Below, piece after piece: positions 28,681 to 39,600 of a DNA stretch of 64,000 nucleotides. The notes under the pieces were generated by a model. It searched no databases and had not been told where the DNA came from. It saw only the letters and a program-made list of their open reading frames with translations. The first letter of the stretch is position 1. Each line of letters starts with the position of its first letter. The position numbers were made by a program, and so were the translations under genes. This DNA is from Halorientalis sp. (lineage in GTDB: Archaea > Halobacteriota > Halobacteria > Halobacteriales > Haloarculaceae), in contig NZ_JAQCNH010000001.1 in the NCBI RefSeq assembly GCF_028275115.1, positions 17,321 through 81,320 on the forward strand, given 5' to 3'.

Positions 28681-29814
28681 CTACGCGACCAGCGACTGGA
28701 CGTACTTCCTGACGTGTTCGCCCATCCGGCGTTTGTAGCCGGCCTGCCGGGCCAGCCGATCCAGTTCTCGAGCGATCAGACTGCCGTACTGAACGGCTTT
28801 CTTCTCTCGCCGAAGGACGTTCTCGGGGAGCCACGGAGCTGCCGCCCGCCGGAGCGCGACTTTCCGCTCGCAGTCACTCCGTTCCTCGTTCGGGCCGGGT
28901 TCGGCCACGAGCAGACGCCCGGATAACGGGAGCGCGGCTGCGACGACCCGGTCGTGTAACAGCGGCGCGACAGGTTCGACGCCCGCAGCCCGCAACGCCA
29001 GTACGTCCCGCTCCAGCTGGTCCGGTAGTGTCGTGACGGTTTCGCGGCGGGCACCCCGGACCGTCTCGGCGGTGAGGCGGGTGTCGTCGGAGGCGCCGGC
29101 GACCTTGGCGTAGCCGCCGAACAGTTCGTCGGCACCCTGTCCAACCGCCACGCGGTCGTAGCCGTCGGCGGCGACGCGTTCGGCCACGAGATAGAGTCCA
29201 AGCGATATCTGGACGTCCATGACGTTGGTTCGTCCAGTGGCACGGACGAGGTCGGGGACGGCGCGTTCGAGGTCCTCGTGGGTGAGTTCAACGACGGTGA
29301 GGTCCCGATCCATCGCCGCGGCGGCCGAACGGGCGGCTGCCACGTCGTGGCTGTCCGGAAAGCCGGCGACGTACAGCGGTGCGTCCAGTCTGGCGGCCAG
29401 AATGGCCGAGTCGACGCCGCCGGAGAAGGCCACCGCGAGTCCGTCCTCGGCTACGGCTGCGGTACTCACGTCGACGGCCTGCCGGACCCTGTCGACGGCC
29501 GCGGCGTCGTCGTCTGTCGCGGGTGGCTCCGGGAGCGTCCAGACGTGTTCGTCGCCGTCGACGGTGCGGACGTGTCCCGGGGGTACCGGTTCTGGGTCGG
29601 TCAACCCGGTCGGGTCGGCACTCCAGGTGGTCGGGTCGTCGGCATCGGAGAAACACGGGTATCGGCCGAGCACGTCCCGGACTAACGGGGACCGGGGGGC
29701 GGTCGCGTCGGCGTCCGGGTCGTCGAGTCGGCCCGCGAACCCTCGGGTTCCGGGCAGCGGGTCGGCACTGTCGAGCGCGGCACGAACGGTCGCCGGGTCG
29801 GTGCCGTCGATCAT
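28681..29814 (-). CDS. Asparagine-synthase-like protein (PP-loop domain, truncated glutaminase domain)
   Basis: AFSGGVDSA, GQGADELFGGY, KKAVQYGS; no N-terminal Cys. Confidence 0.85.
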   Translation of the reverse strand: MIDGTDPATVRAALDSADPLPGTRGFAGRLDDPDADATAPRSPLVRDVLGRYPCFSDADDPTTWSADPTGLTDPEPVPPGHVRTVDGDEHVWTLPEPPATDDDAAAVDRVRQAVDVSTAAVAEDGLAVAFSGGVDSAILAARLDAPLYVAGFPDSHDVAAARSAAAAMDRDLTVVELTHEDLERAVPDLVRATGRTNVMDVQISLGLYLVAERVAADGYDRVAVGQGADELFGGYAKVAGASDDTRLTAETVRGARRETVTTLPDQLERDVLALRAAGVEPVAPLLHDRVVAAALPLSGRLLVAEPGPNEERSDCERKVALRRAAAPWLPENVLRREKKAVQYGSLIARELDRLARQAGYKRRMGEHVRKYVQSLVA

Positions 29815-30494
29815 CGGAGGTCGGACAGTCGGCGCTCGACACGACGCTTCACGCCCCCGGCGGCCTGCCGAAAGCTAATCCGCCAGGGCGTTCGCTTGCC
29901 CTCGACGGTCGTGCGACCCTGGCGGATGGCGTCGAGGATTGCGTCGACGCTGCGCTCGGCCGCGTCGATGCGGGTGACGGCCTGCCCGATCATCTCGCTG
30001 ATATGTGCGTCGCTGCCAGCGGTCATCGGCATGCCGTTGCGGCGAGCGAACCGTTCGGCCTGACGGTTCGAGCGTCCCGTCAGCAGTCGTGAGTTGTACA
30101 CTTCGATGGCGTCGGCGGCTGTCAGCGTCTCTTGGGAGACGTTCGCGAGGACGCCGCTCCGAGACTCCTGAAACGGGTGTGGGACGACTGCGATACCGCC
30201 GAGCGTGCGAATGCGGTCGAGCGTCTCCCCGAACGACAGGCCGGGCGGGATCACCTCGCGAACCCCGAGTGCGAGGACGTGGCCGGCGGCCGTCGAGACC
30301 TCCATACCGGGGATGCCGACGAGACCGTACTCCTCGGCCTTTTCGACGGCCGATAGACTGGCCTCGATCTCGTCGTGATCGGTGATAGCCAACGCGTCCA
30401 GATCGATGGCCTGTGCCTGTCCCAGAAGCAGTTCGATGGGGTCACGGCCGTCGTGAGATAACGACGAGTGAGAGTGCAACTCGACGGCGAACAC
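29811..30494 (-). CDS. PHP-domain metallo-phosphoesterase
   Basis: ELHSHS, ITDHD, PGMEVST, GHVLAL, VPHPF, GSDAH. Confidence 0.9.
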   Translation of the reverse strand: MFAVELHSHSSLSHDGRDPIELLLGQAQAIDLDALAITDHDEIEASLSAVEKAEEYGLVGIPGMEVSTAAGHVLALGVREVIPPGLSFGETLDRIRTLGGIAVVPHPFQESRSGVLANVSQETLTAADAIEVYNSRLLTGRSNRQAERFARRNGMPMTAGSDAHISEMIGQAVTRIDAAERSVDAILDAIRQGRTTVEGKRTPWRISFRQAAGGVKRRVERRLSDLR

Positions 30495-30723
30495 GCACCC
30501 TTATTGACCCGGCCCTGTTAAAAGGGAACCGGTCCGTCAGTCACGCGTTCATCGACACACAGGCGGGCGACGGGGTGTCTTCTTTTGTATTCATAAGTAC
30601 TGGCCGCCACGTTACGTGGGTCGAACGCGTTCGCCGAACGAGCGGCCAAACCCGGACACACGGCCGCTACCGACGCTCGTGTGTCGGAGCGAGTATAACT
30701 GTCACCAATCGTGGTGGCGATAC

Positions 30724-31300
30724 AGGGTCCGAGACCCGTTCGCGGACGAGGACCGGTCCGGTCTACGGGGCGTGCTCGACGCGCTGGACGACCCGAAACG
30801 TCGAGCCATCGCCTGGAGCCTCGATGAACCCATGACGGCCGAAAAGTATCGGCGGCCTGTGACGTCCCGCTGTCGACCACCTACCGGAAACTGGACCTGC
30901 TGACCAAAGCGTCGCTGTTATTCGAGGGGGTGGAGATTCGACCCGACGGCCACACGCCGGCCAGTATCGGGTGAACTTCGGGGAGGTCGTCGTGGCCCCC
31001 GACGAGGACCGGGCGGTCAAAGCCGGCCTCAGTCGGACCGCCCGGACCGCAGACGAACGACTGCGGGGCCGCTGGTCGGAGGTGCGGGTAATCAATTACT
31101 TCTCGTACAGGACCGTTCGTCGAACCGGCGCGAAGCCACCTGGGTTCCTCGCGCGGGGGCTTGCAGTCGGAACCCCCGGGAGTACCCTGGCCAGCGTATT
31201 CGACCTCGTTCTGTCGCTCACCCGGGAGGGCACTATTATCGCCGAGAGCGCCCTCACGACACGAGGCGTTGCCGTCATCGTCTATTGGCTGTACGCACGG
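30724..31300 (+). pseudogene. Fused remnants of an ArsR-like winged-helix regulator and a downstream small membrane protein
   Basis: (AGG)VRDPFADED...VLDALDDP...CDVPLSTTYRKLDLL...EIRPDG spread over three frames, then YFSYR..RRTG...ESALTT..AVIVYWLY; start codon lost and an internal deletion joins the two genes. Confidence 0.65.
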
Positions 31301-31330
31301 TGGCTGGGCCGTCGACGACTGAAACCCTGT

Positions 31331-32119
31331 TCAGGCCGTCCTGAGCCGGTCCATCGCGTCGGGCAACTCGGCGGCGGCCGTCGAAGTCGCTCCGCTTCCG
31401 TGCCAGAACCGTTCGACGTAACCCTCGGCGTTGACCAGCAGAATCAGCGACCGGTGTGTGAACATATATTCCTCGTCAGTCCCCGTCGGTGTCCCGGCCG
31501 GGGTCGCAGCCGATGACGTCGATGGTCCGGCACCGGAGTCGGCTGCTGTCGTCTCGGCGTCCGTCCCTCCCGAACCGGGTTCTGTCTTCTCGAAGTAGAC
31601 GCCGAACTGGTTCTGCACGACTGTCTTCGCCCGCGCCTCCGTCTCGGGGCGGAGGAAGGTCCAGTTGCCGACCTCGAGCGAGATGCCGCGCTCCCGTGCG
31701 TACGTTCGGAGGCGGTCGGGCGTGTCCCGCACCGGGTCGAAGGTGATTTCGGCGAAGTCGACGGCGTCAGCCCAGCCCTCCTCGAGGGCCTTGCCCTGTG
31801 CCGACACGAGCGCCTGCGTCAACAGTGGACAGGCCGTCATGCAGTTACTGAAAATGAACGTCAACGCGAGGGGCCCGTCGAAGCCAGTCGTCGTCGCCTC
31901 ACCCCCGCCCAGCGCGTCCGGGAGTGTCGCCGACGGAATCTGCTGTCCCCACGCCGGAAATCGAACGTCCTCGGCGTCGAAGGACATCTCCTGTTTTGAG
32001 AGCTTCACGTTCGGGTGCCGGTCGGACGGACCGTCCTCGTCACCGCCGAGACAGCCGGCGACGGCGACCGTCCCGGCTGTTGCGCCGAGCGCGGCCCGAA
32101 TGTACTGTCGTCTGTCCAT
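31331..32119 (-). CDS. Sco1/SenC copper-chaperone lipoprotein (Tat)
   Basis: MDRRQY...AGC lipobox; CMTAC (CxxxC); ITFDPVRDTP; FTHRSLILL (His ligand). Confidence 0.88.
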   Translation of the reverse strand: MDRRQYIRAALGATAGTVAVAGCLGGDEDGPSDRHPNVKLSKQEMSFDAEDVRFPAWGQQIPSATLPDALGGGEATTTGFDGPLALTFIFSNCMTACPLLTQALVSAQGKALEEGWADAVDFAEITFDPVRDTPDRLRTYARERGISLEVGNWTFLRPETEARAKTVVQNQFGVYFEKTEPGSGGTDAETTAADSGAGPSTSSAATPAGTPTGTDEEYMFTHRSLILLVNAEGYVERFWHGSGATSTAAAELPDAMDRLRTA

Positions 32120-32254
32120 TACGCACCGATAGCGGTTGGACGGGCTAAAGTCGTGTGTTCCGGTCCGGTCGTGCCCAGTCGGCACACGACCGGCGATTCC
32201 CGGGGACCAGGACTCACGGCGGAGATTAATTGGGGTGAGAGCCAAGCACGAACG

Positions 32255-32680
32255 ATGACAGACCACGTGTTGGTGCCCATCGACGCGTCGCCGCTGTCCG
32301 AGTAGGCCGTGACGTTCGCGTTGGAGGAGTCCGACGACGACGCGGCGGTCACCGCATTGCACGTTCTGGACGTCATCGAAGCGGGCTACGGCGCGCCGAT
32401 GGAAGCGTCGCTCCCGGGCCGCTGGGAGAACTGGCACGAGAGCGAGAAGGAGAACGCCGAACAGTTGTTCGCCGACGGGCATGGCGTCACGCTGGAGGCG
32501 GCGACGACGCGCGGCCGCCCCGCCCGGAGCATCGTCGAGTACGCCGACACCGAAGCGGTCGACCGCGTCGTCAGGCGGAGCCGCGGCCGGTCGGGCGTCT
32601 CGCGGATTCTGCTGGGCAGCGTCGCCGAGGCGGTTCTCAGACGGGCACCCTGTCCCGTCACTATCGTCCGCCGGGTCACT
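32255..32680 (+). pseudogene. Universal stress protein; premature TAG at 32303-32305 and lost stop
   Basis: MTDHVLVPIDASPLSE*AVTFAL...GRPARSIVEYA...GVSRILLGSVAEAVLRRAPCPV. Confidence 0.82.
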
Positions 32681-32770
32681 CGGCTGGACTCGACGAAGTG
32701 GTGTGGAATGGATTCGCAACCACTGTTACGTTTAGTCGGGCTTATACTGGACGGTGAAAAATCGAGGCAT

Positions 32771-33451
32771 ATGGAGACAGAACGTTCGAACGAATCCGAC
32801 GGGGCGGCCAGTCGTCGCGGCTTTCTGCGGACGGCAGCGACGGCTGGAGCGGCCGCGGGCGTCGCGGCAGGTGCGACCGGCACGGCGACGGCACAGGACG
32901 GAACGGAGATGGGGTCGAACGGACCGAGTTTCGACGGGTGGCTGGCCGACACGACCAACTACGACGGTGAGGTCGTCGACATGACGGGACAGGACGCTGT
33001 GACCATCGCCGTCGGGGGCGACGGTCTGGTGTTCGACCCGCCCGCAGTCCAGGTCGACCCCGGAACGACCATCACCTGGGAGTGGCAGGGTGGCCGACAC
33101 AACGTCGTCGGTGAGAACCGCGACTTCGACAGCGGCGACCCGGTCAGCGAGACCGGCGCGACGTTCGAGCAGACCCTCGAGGAGGACGGCGTCGTGAAGT
33201 ACCTGTGTGAACCCCACCAGGGCGTGATGCAGGGCGTCGTCGTCGTCGGCGACGCGGCCCTCGGTGGCGAGGAAGAAGGCGGCGAAATCGTCCTGACCGA
33301 CGGCCTGCTGGCTATTGGAGCGGCGATCGTGCTGGGTGTCCTCTCGCCGATGCTGTTCGCGGTCTATCTGGCGCTCAACGGCGAGGAAGTCGGCGGCGAT
33401 GACGACGACAGCAGTTCCGGCGACAGCGACCTCAAACGGATCGACCCCTGA
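32771..33451 (+). CDS. Halocyanin-like blue copper protein, Tat signal, C-terminal membrane anchor
   Basis: SRRGFL; FDPPAVQVDPGTTITWEW; RHNVV; YLCEPHQGVM; TM helix GLLAIGAAIVLGVLSPMLF. Confidence 0.85.
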   Translation: METERSNESDGAASRRGFLRTAATAGAAAGVAAGATGTATAQDGTEMGSNGPSFDGWLADTTNYDGEVVDMTGQDAVTIAVGGDGLVFDPPAVQVDPGTTITWEWQGGRHNVVGENRDFDSGDPVSETGATFEQTLEEDGVVKYLCEPHQGVMQGVVVVGDAALGGEEEGGEIVLTDGLLAIGAAIVLGVLSPMLFAVYLALNGEEVGGDDDDSSSGDSDLKRIDP

Positions 33452-33656
33452 ACGGCTACGGGGTCGAACCCCGAGACACTCGCCTGTCCCGCGTACCAGA
33501 AACCGCTCCTCTGAGACCTCGAACCCACGCAGAGTTCGGCCGACCGCACCGATTCCGACCCTCTGACTTTCGGTTCCCCTATCTGACATCTATTTTTCTC
33601 GACTTGTGCAACACATTTATGTTAGGACAGCCGGATAGTGGTGTAAATCAAGAGGT

Positions 33657-36600
33657 ATGGATTGGTCGTGGGGTTGCGGTCTCGGTGGGACGGGATCCGT
33701 GGCGAACGGTACGTATCGTGATGAAAGCCGCGCGGGAGTAACTGTTCGGGCGTTGCTCGGGCAGTTAGTCGTCGTTGGCCTGTTACTGTCGCTCGTGGTG
33801 GCGCCAGTGGTCGGTCTGACAGTCGGGGGCCCGTCGAACGTGGCCAGCGGCGTGGTGGGACAGCAGCAGGACGAACCGCTCGAAGGTGGCGGTGGGGGCG
33901 GCGGAACGAGCGGGACACCGACGGAAACTGACACCCCGACGCCGACGGAAACTGACACCCCGACGCCGACGGAAACTGACACCCCGACGTCGACACCGGG
34001 AGATGGACCGAACGACACCGACGGCTCTGGCGAGTCCGACGACGGTGGCAACGGCTCCACAGGTGGAGGCGATACCGGCGACGAGAGCGCGACCGACCTC
34101 CGTTCGATCGACGTGGGCGAGACTCGCAGCGGCGAAATCGACGCTGATGATCCGAGGGTGTCCGCGTACGACGGGTACCACGAGCCGGTTACCTTCCAGG
34201 GGACGGCCGGCGACACCGTGACCGTCGAGATGCGCTCCGGCGGGGACAGCTACCTCTACCTCGTCGGGCCCGACGGGACTGTCCTTGCCGAGAACGACGA
34301 CGGAGGAGTTGGCCTGAACGCGACGATCGGTCGGGAGACCCTCCCCGAAACCGGCCAGTACCGAATCATCGCGGCCAGTTTCTTCACCGACGACACGCTC
34401 TCGTACGAACTGAGCCTGACCGAGACCCAACCGGGCACCGACCTCGACTCGATTGCCTTCGGCGAAACGAAGACCGGCGAGGTAGACTCCGGAGACGAGA
34501 CGGGATTCTCCGAAGTAACGGAGACCGTTACCTTCGAGGGGACACAGGGTGACCGTGTCCGGGCGACCGTCGAGACGGACGTGGACAATCTGGAGATAGC
34601 GGGAATCGAGACGACAGCGGGCGTGTCCCTCGAACCGGTACGGGACGAGGGGAGCCTGGCGTACGAGACTGTCCTCCCGAGTGACGGCAGCTACACCGTT
34701 TCAGTAGCCACACCACAGACGGACCTACCGGCGTCGTACGACCTGACGCTTCGAAATCCCGGCGAGGTGGGACCAGCGGACGGTGACCTCCGCTCCATCG
34801 CCCTCGGCGAGACGAAAACCGGACTCGTCGACTCCACAGACCCACAGACGGCTCAGGTAGCGTTCTACGAGCCCGTCGAGTTCGAGGGGACCGACGGCCA
34901 GACGGTCCAGATCACACTGGACGCGCGAGTCGCGGACGCGTTCCCGAGGTTCGAGGTGCGCAGTCCCGACGGGAACCAACTCGAGACGACGGACCTGTCG
35001 GAGGACGGGGGTACGGTCACCGGGACCGTCGAGTTGCCGAGCGATGGGACCTACACCGTTAGGCCGAGCCTCGGCGAGGGCGAGTTGGGGGCGTACGACC
35101 TGACCGTTGCGCTGGCGGACGGGTCCACGGGCGCGCCACCGACGGCCTCGGTCGACGCGTTCACCATCGGTGACACGGCGTTCCTCGACGCCACTGCGAG
35201 CGACGCGACCGGTTCGGTGAGCTACGAGTGGGCCTTCGGTGATGGGACGACCGCGACCGGCCAGGCCGTCACCCACGCGTACGACGCGGACGGTTCGTAC
35301 GACGTCGAACTGACCGTCAGCAACGGGTCCGGCACGGATACGACATCGGCCAGTGTAGACGTGGCCGCAGGCGAACCTGCGTCGGTGTGTCAGAACGCCG
35401 AGAACCGCCCGCCGGGCCTGTTCGAACCGTTCGAGAAGTCCACGGTCGTGGCGGCCTGTAGCGGGCTCCCGACCGTAATCGCGCCGGCGCCGACCGCGGA
35501 GGGCCGGTCGCTCGTCATCGGAAACACCACGTTCCTCGACGGGAGTGTGTCGACGGCGACCGGGGAGGTGAGCTACGAGTGGGCATTCGGCGACGGGACG
35601 ACCGCGACCGGGAAATCCGTCAGCCACACGTACGATTCGGACGGCACCTACCAGGTCCTGCTGACCGTCAGCAACGAAACCGGCACCGACACGGCGACGA
35701 CAGTCGTCAACGTCGCGCGGGCGGACGTGAGCCCGGTGTGTGACGATGCAACACGACTGACGACCGGTATCTTGGACGCGTTCAGCGAGGGGTCCGTCAG
35801 AACCGCCTGTGCCGACGCTCGGGCTGCGGCCGACCAGCGACTCGTTCCCGACTTCGAGCTGTCGAGCGACCCGGTCGTCGGGGAGTCGGTCGAGTTCGAC
35901 GCTGGCCCGACGACTGCGGAGGGGACGGTTCGGAGCTACGAGTGGGCGCTCGGGAACGGCGAATCTGCGACCGGCGAGACGGCGACGGTCACCTACGAGG
36001 AGGCGGGGTCGTACACCGTCGAACTGACCGTCACGGACGAGCAGGGCAACAGTGATACCATCACTCGGTCCGTCGTAGTAGGGGCCTCGGCCGGGCGTAT
36101 CGTCGTCGACGACGACGGCGGCCCGGACGCGGCCTTCCGTCGACTCCTCCCGGCATTGCAGGCCGTCAGCGACGACGGGACCGTCGTCGTCAGACCGGGG
36201 ACGTACAATGGGACCGGAACCGTTGAGACGAGCGTCGGGGAAATCGAGTCGGGGCCGGGTGTGCTGCTGAACGGGAACGTCACGGTCGCCGCGCCAGACG
36301 GCGCAACACTGACGAGCGAGGGGACCAGCGGTATCGCGGACGACGGCTTCAGGGTCGCAGCGAGCAACGCCGAACCGACCATCGTCGGGTTCACTGTCCG
36401 TGGCTTCGACGACGGAATCGACGCTCGGGACGGGTCCGACCTGACCGTCTCTGGGGTCACCGTCGAGAACGCCGAGGTGGGCGTGAACCTATTGCGGTCC
36501 GACGGTTCGGTCTCGCTGTCGGACGTCACTGTTCGTGACCCGAGTGAGACGGGTGTGCGTGCTGACGGGTTCGCCGGCGACCTCGAACTCGTGGACGTGA

Positions 36601-39600
36601 CCGTCGACGGCGCGGGTGGTGCTGGCGTGCGTGCGACCCAGTTGGCGGCGACGGGCACACTCACGGCGACCGGCCTGCGAATCAGCGACAGCGGCGGTGA
36701 CGGAGTGACGCTCGCCGGCGCGGTGGGGTCGTGGGAACTGGACGGTGCGCGGGTCGAAGGCGCCGGCGACGCCGGTGTCGACGCGGCAGCGACGACCGGC
36801 GACTGGGAGATTCGCGGGAGTACGTTCACCGGGAACGACGTAGTGGACGTGAACGCACTCGATGCCGACGGCGTCTGGCGAATCCACCGGACGGAGTTCG
36901 AGGACGCTGCCGGCATCGACGCCCGTGGTGCGTCGCCCGGAGGGACCGCCCGCCGGAACTGGTGGGGGACTCCCGACGGTCCCGCAGATGGGACGTGTTC
37001 GGGGGCTGTACTCTGTGGAAACCCGCTAGGTGAACCGGTCAGCCCGGCCGCGACCGGACTCACGGCGACCGTCTCTGACGGGGACGAGGCGACGCCCTTC
37101 CCGGGGACGACAGTGTACCTCTACCAGAAACAACCGCTCTCGGTCGAAGATCGGAGTATCACGACTGCCGACGCGCTGGCCTCGGAAGCCGGGCGTGAGT
37201 ACTACGACGACTCCGACGGGGAGATTACCCTCCCGTTCGACGGCGTCGAAGTCTCACAGACTGCGGACCGGGTGGTCAGGACCGGACCCGAAGGCATCGT
37301 CCGGTACACCGGACTCGAGGCCGGCGAGTACTGTCTGCTGGTCGCGCCACCGAACCGGAGTCCGCGGGACGTGAAGACCCAGTGTATCGCGGTCGAGTCC
37401 GGCGACGTGACGTCGACGACGGTGACACACACCGACACGACGCGGTTCGACCACATGACCGACGAGGTGTCTGCGTTCCGGTTCGCCTCCCGAAACCGCC
37501 GGACTGACGCGTTGCGTCGGGCATACAACGCACACATACAGACCGGGACCGTCCTGGAGGAAGGCGACCCGGTTCCCGGCGTCGACAGTTTGGCGAACAC
37601 GTTCCTGGACTCGGTGATCGCGGGGGTCGCCGCGGATCCGAAGAAGGGAGGAGGCACCAAGAGCCCGCGACAGGCCGCGAAAAGCGTGTTCACGGAGTTC
37701 GCGACGTCGGTGGCGAAATCGAGTGCGACCACGGTCACTGCCAACCAGATCAAAGAGCGGTACGGCGCGCTGGTCGCTGGCGCCGTCACCAACGACGACG
37801 CCGAGGAGTACAAGACCTACACACAGCAGTTCGAGAACAACGAGTGGCTCACCTCGTTCCCGTACGGCGACGTCCAGAAGGCGGGCGACGAGTACCGGGA
37901 CCTCTCGACGGCCGTCGAGGCCGAGCGGTTGATCGGGGAGACGAGCGACCGGTTCGCGGAGTTGCGGTCACGGAACGTCGACGTGTGTTCGCTCCCGAAC
38001 CCGCCCAGGGGGTGTGTGTTCAGGGACGCACTGACCAGCGAGGACGACGGGCAATCGCTACCCGGCGGCGGGTCAGGTCCGAACTACGATCCAGCGGCGA
38101 TGGAGGACGTGCTGGAGACCCAACGGGATGCGATCGCGGGTGAGTGGGTCGCGAACGGTCTCGTCGTGACGCCGGACGGAGCTGTCTATACGGTCAATCA
38201 GAGCGCCGGGGCGCGGGCGTCTCATCGGCGCGCGTATCAGAACTTCCAGGGGTCACAGGGTGCGAAGAAACTGTCCTCGTTCGTCAGCCGCATCGGTGGG
38301 ACCATCACCGACGTGAGTGTCGCCACCAAGAACCCGTACGGATTCGCCGTCGGGACCGGGGTCGAGGCGGTCGGAACCACGGGCAAAGTGCTGTACACGA
38401 TCGAACGCGAGAAAGCGCGCTTCGCGACGGTCCAGCGGTTCTTCAAGACCCACCTGTACGCGATGCACGACGTCGACAACGTCGGGAACGTCAACGGGGA
38501 CGTGAGACAGTGGCTGTCCTCGGAGTACCGGGACCCGTCGGTCGGTGGCGTCGACGGACGTATCGAGACGGCGCCGACGTTCTCCGAGGACGAGAACGGA
38601 GTGCAGGTTGTCGACGCGAACCGACCCCTCGAAGAAAACACAAACGTGGACATCAAGACGCGGTACGTTGACGAACGCCGGATCAGTGTCCGCAACACCG
38701 GGACCGAACCCGCTCCGGTGCGGGTGGTGAGCGTCGCGACGTACCGTTCCGACCGGAGCGACTTCAGCACCTACGGACAGGCGACGACGGTCCCGGCATC
38801 CAGCGAATCGGCCGCAACGCTGGACCCCGGAGAGACACTCACGGAGGACACGACTCTGACGCTGTCGGAGCCGATTGGCGACCCGTTCCGCGTCTACTTC
38901 CAGCACACGCTCCTGTTGATGGAGGGGAAGGTCGTCGACACCGCAACCGATCACACGTTCTTCGACATCCGGGACCTCGACTGTGAACGTGGCGGTCGAC
39001 AGGGCAACGTCGACTGCGCCGACCCGGACGGGCGGACCGGGTACGGGCGTGACGAAGCCGATAGCCCCGACCCCGTGCCCCCGGAGACAGCCGCGTCCGG
39101 CACGCTCAGGGTCCGTCGGCCCAACGTGGCACTGACAACCGCCTCGACGGAATCCGGACTGGCGATGGCCCAGGAGTCGTTCACCGACGACCGGCCCGAG
39201 GTCCGGCAACTGTTCGACACCAACCTCACGGCCGAGGACGGGCGCGTCACGGAGTCGCTGTCGACCGGTCCGGAGACACACAGCCTCAGCGTCCTCGTTG
39301 TGTCCCCGACGGGTGCCGAGACGTCGCTTCAGCTGACCGACGCGGCTGGCCGGACCGCTGGGCGTGACCCGGTGACTGGAACCGTAACCACCGACATCCC
39401 GAACGCGACCGTCTCCGGGACCGGCGAGATGGTCCAGTCGGTGCGAATCGAGAACGTGAGCCGTCGCGACATCGGAGTTACCGTGGCCGGGAACGCGACG
39501 GGTCAGGACTCGGCCCCGGTCGAAGTACTCGCGGTGACGACACCCGACCGACCGGCCGTGATGGGGCTCGTCCCGTCGGCGGTCGACATCGAGGCCACGC

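Noticed and set aside
32303-32305. In-frame TAG in USP as possible pyrrolysine readthrough
   Set aside because: No pyl genes in the window, Halobacteria are not known Pyl users, and the gene has other damage.
32309-33451. Apparent USP-halocyanin fusion ORF (380 aa)
   Set aside because: Artifact of a USP pseudogene that lost its stop. The halocyanin has its own ATG at 32771 with an N-terminal Tat signal that could not work internally.
33918-33989. 24-bp repeats as a possible CRISPR array
   Set aside because: Tandem without spacers, in frame within a CDS, encoding a Pro/Thr linker; no cas genes.
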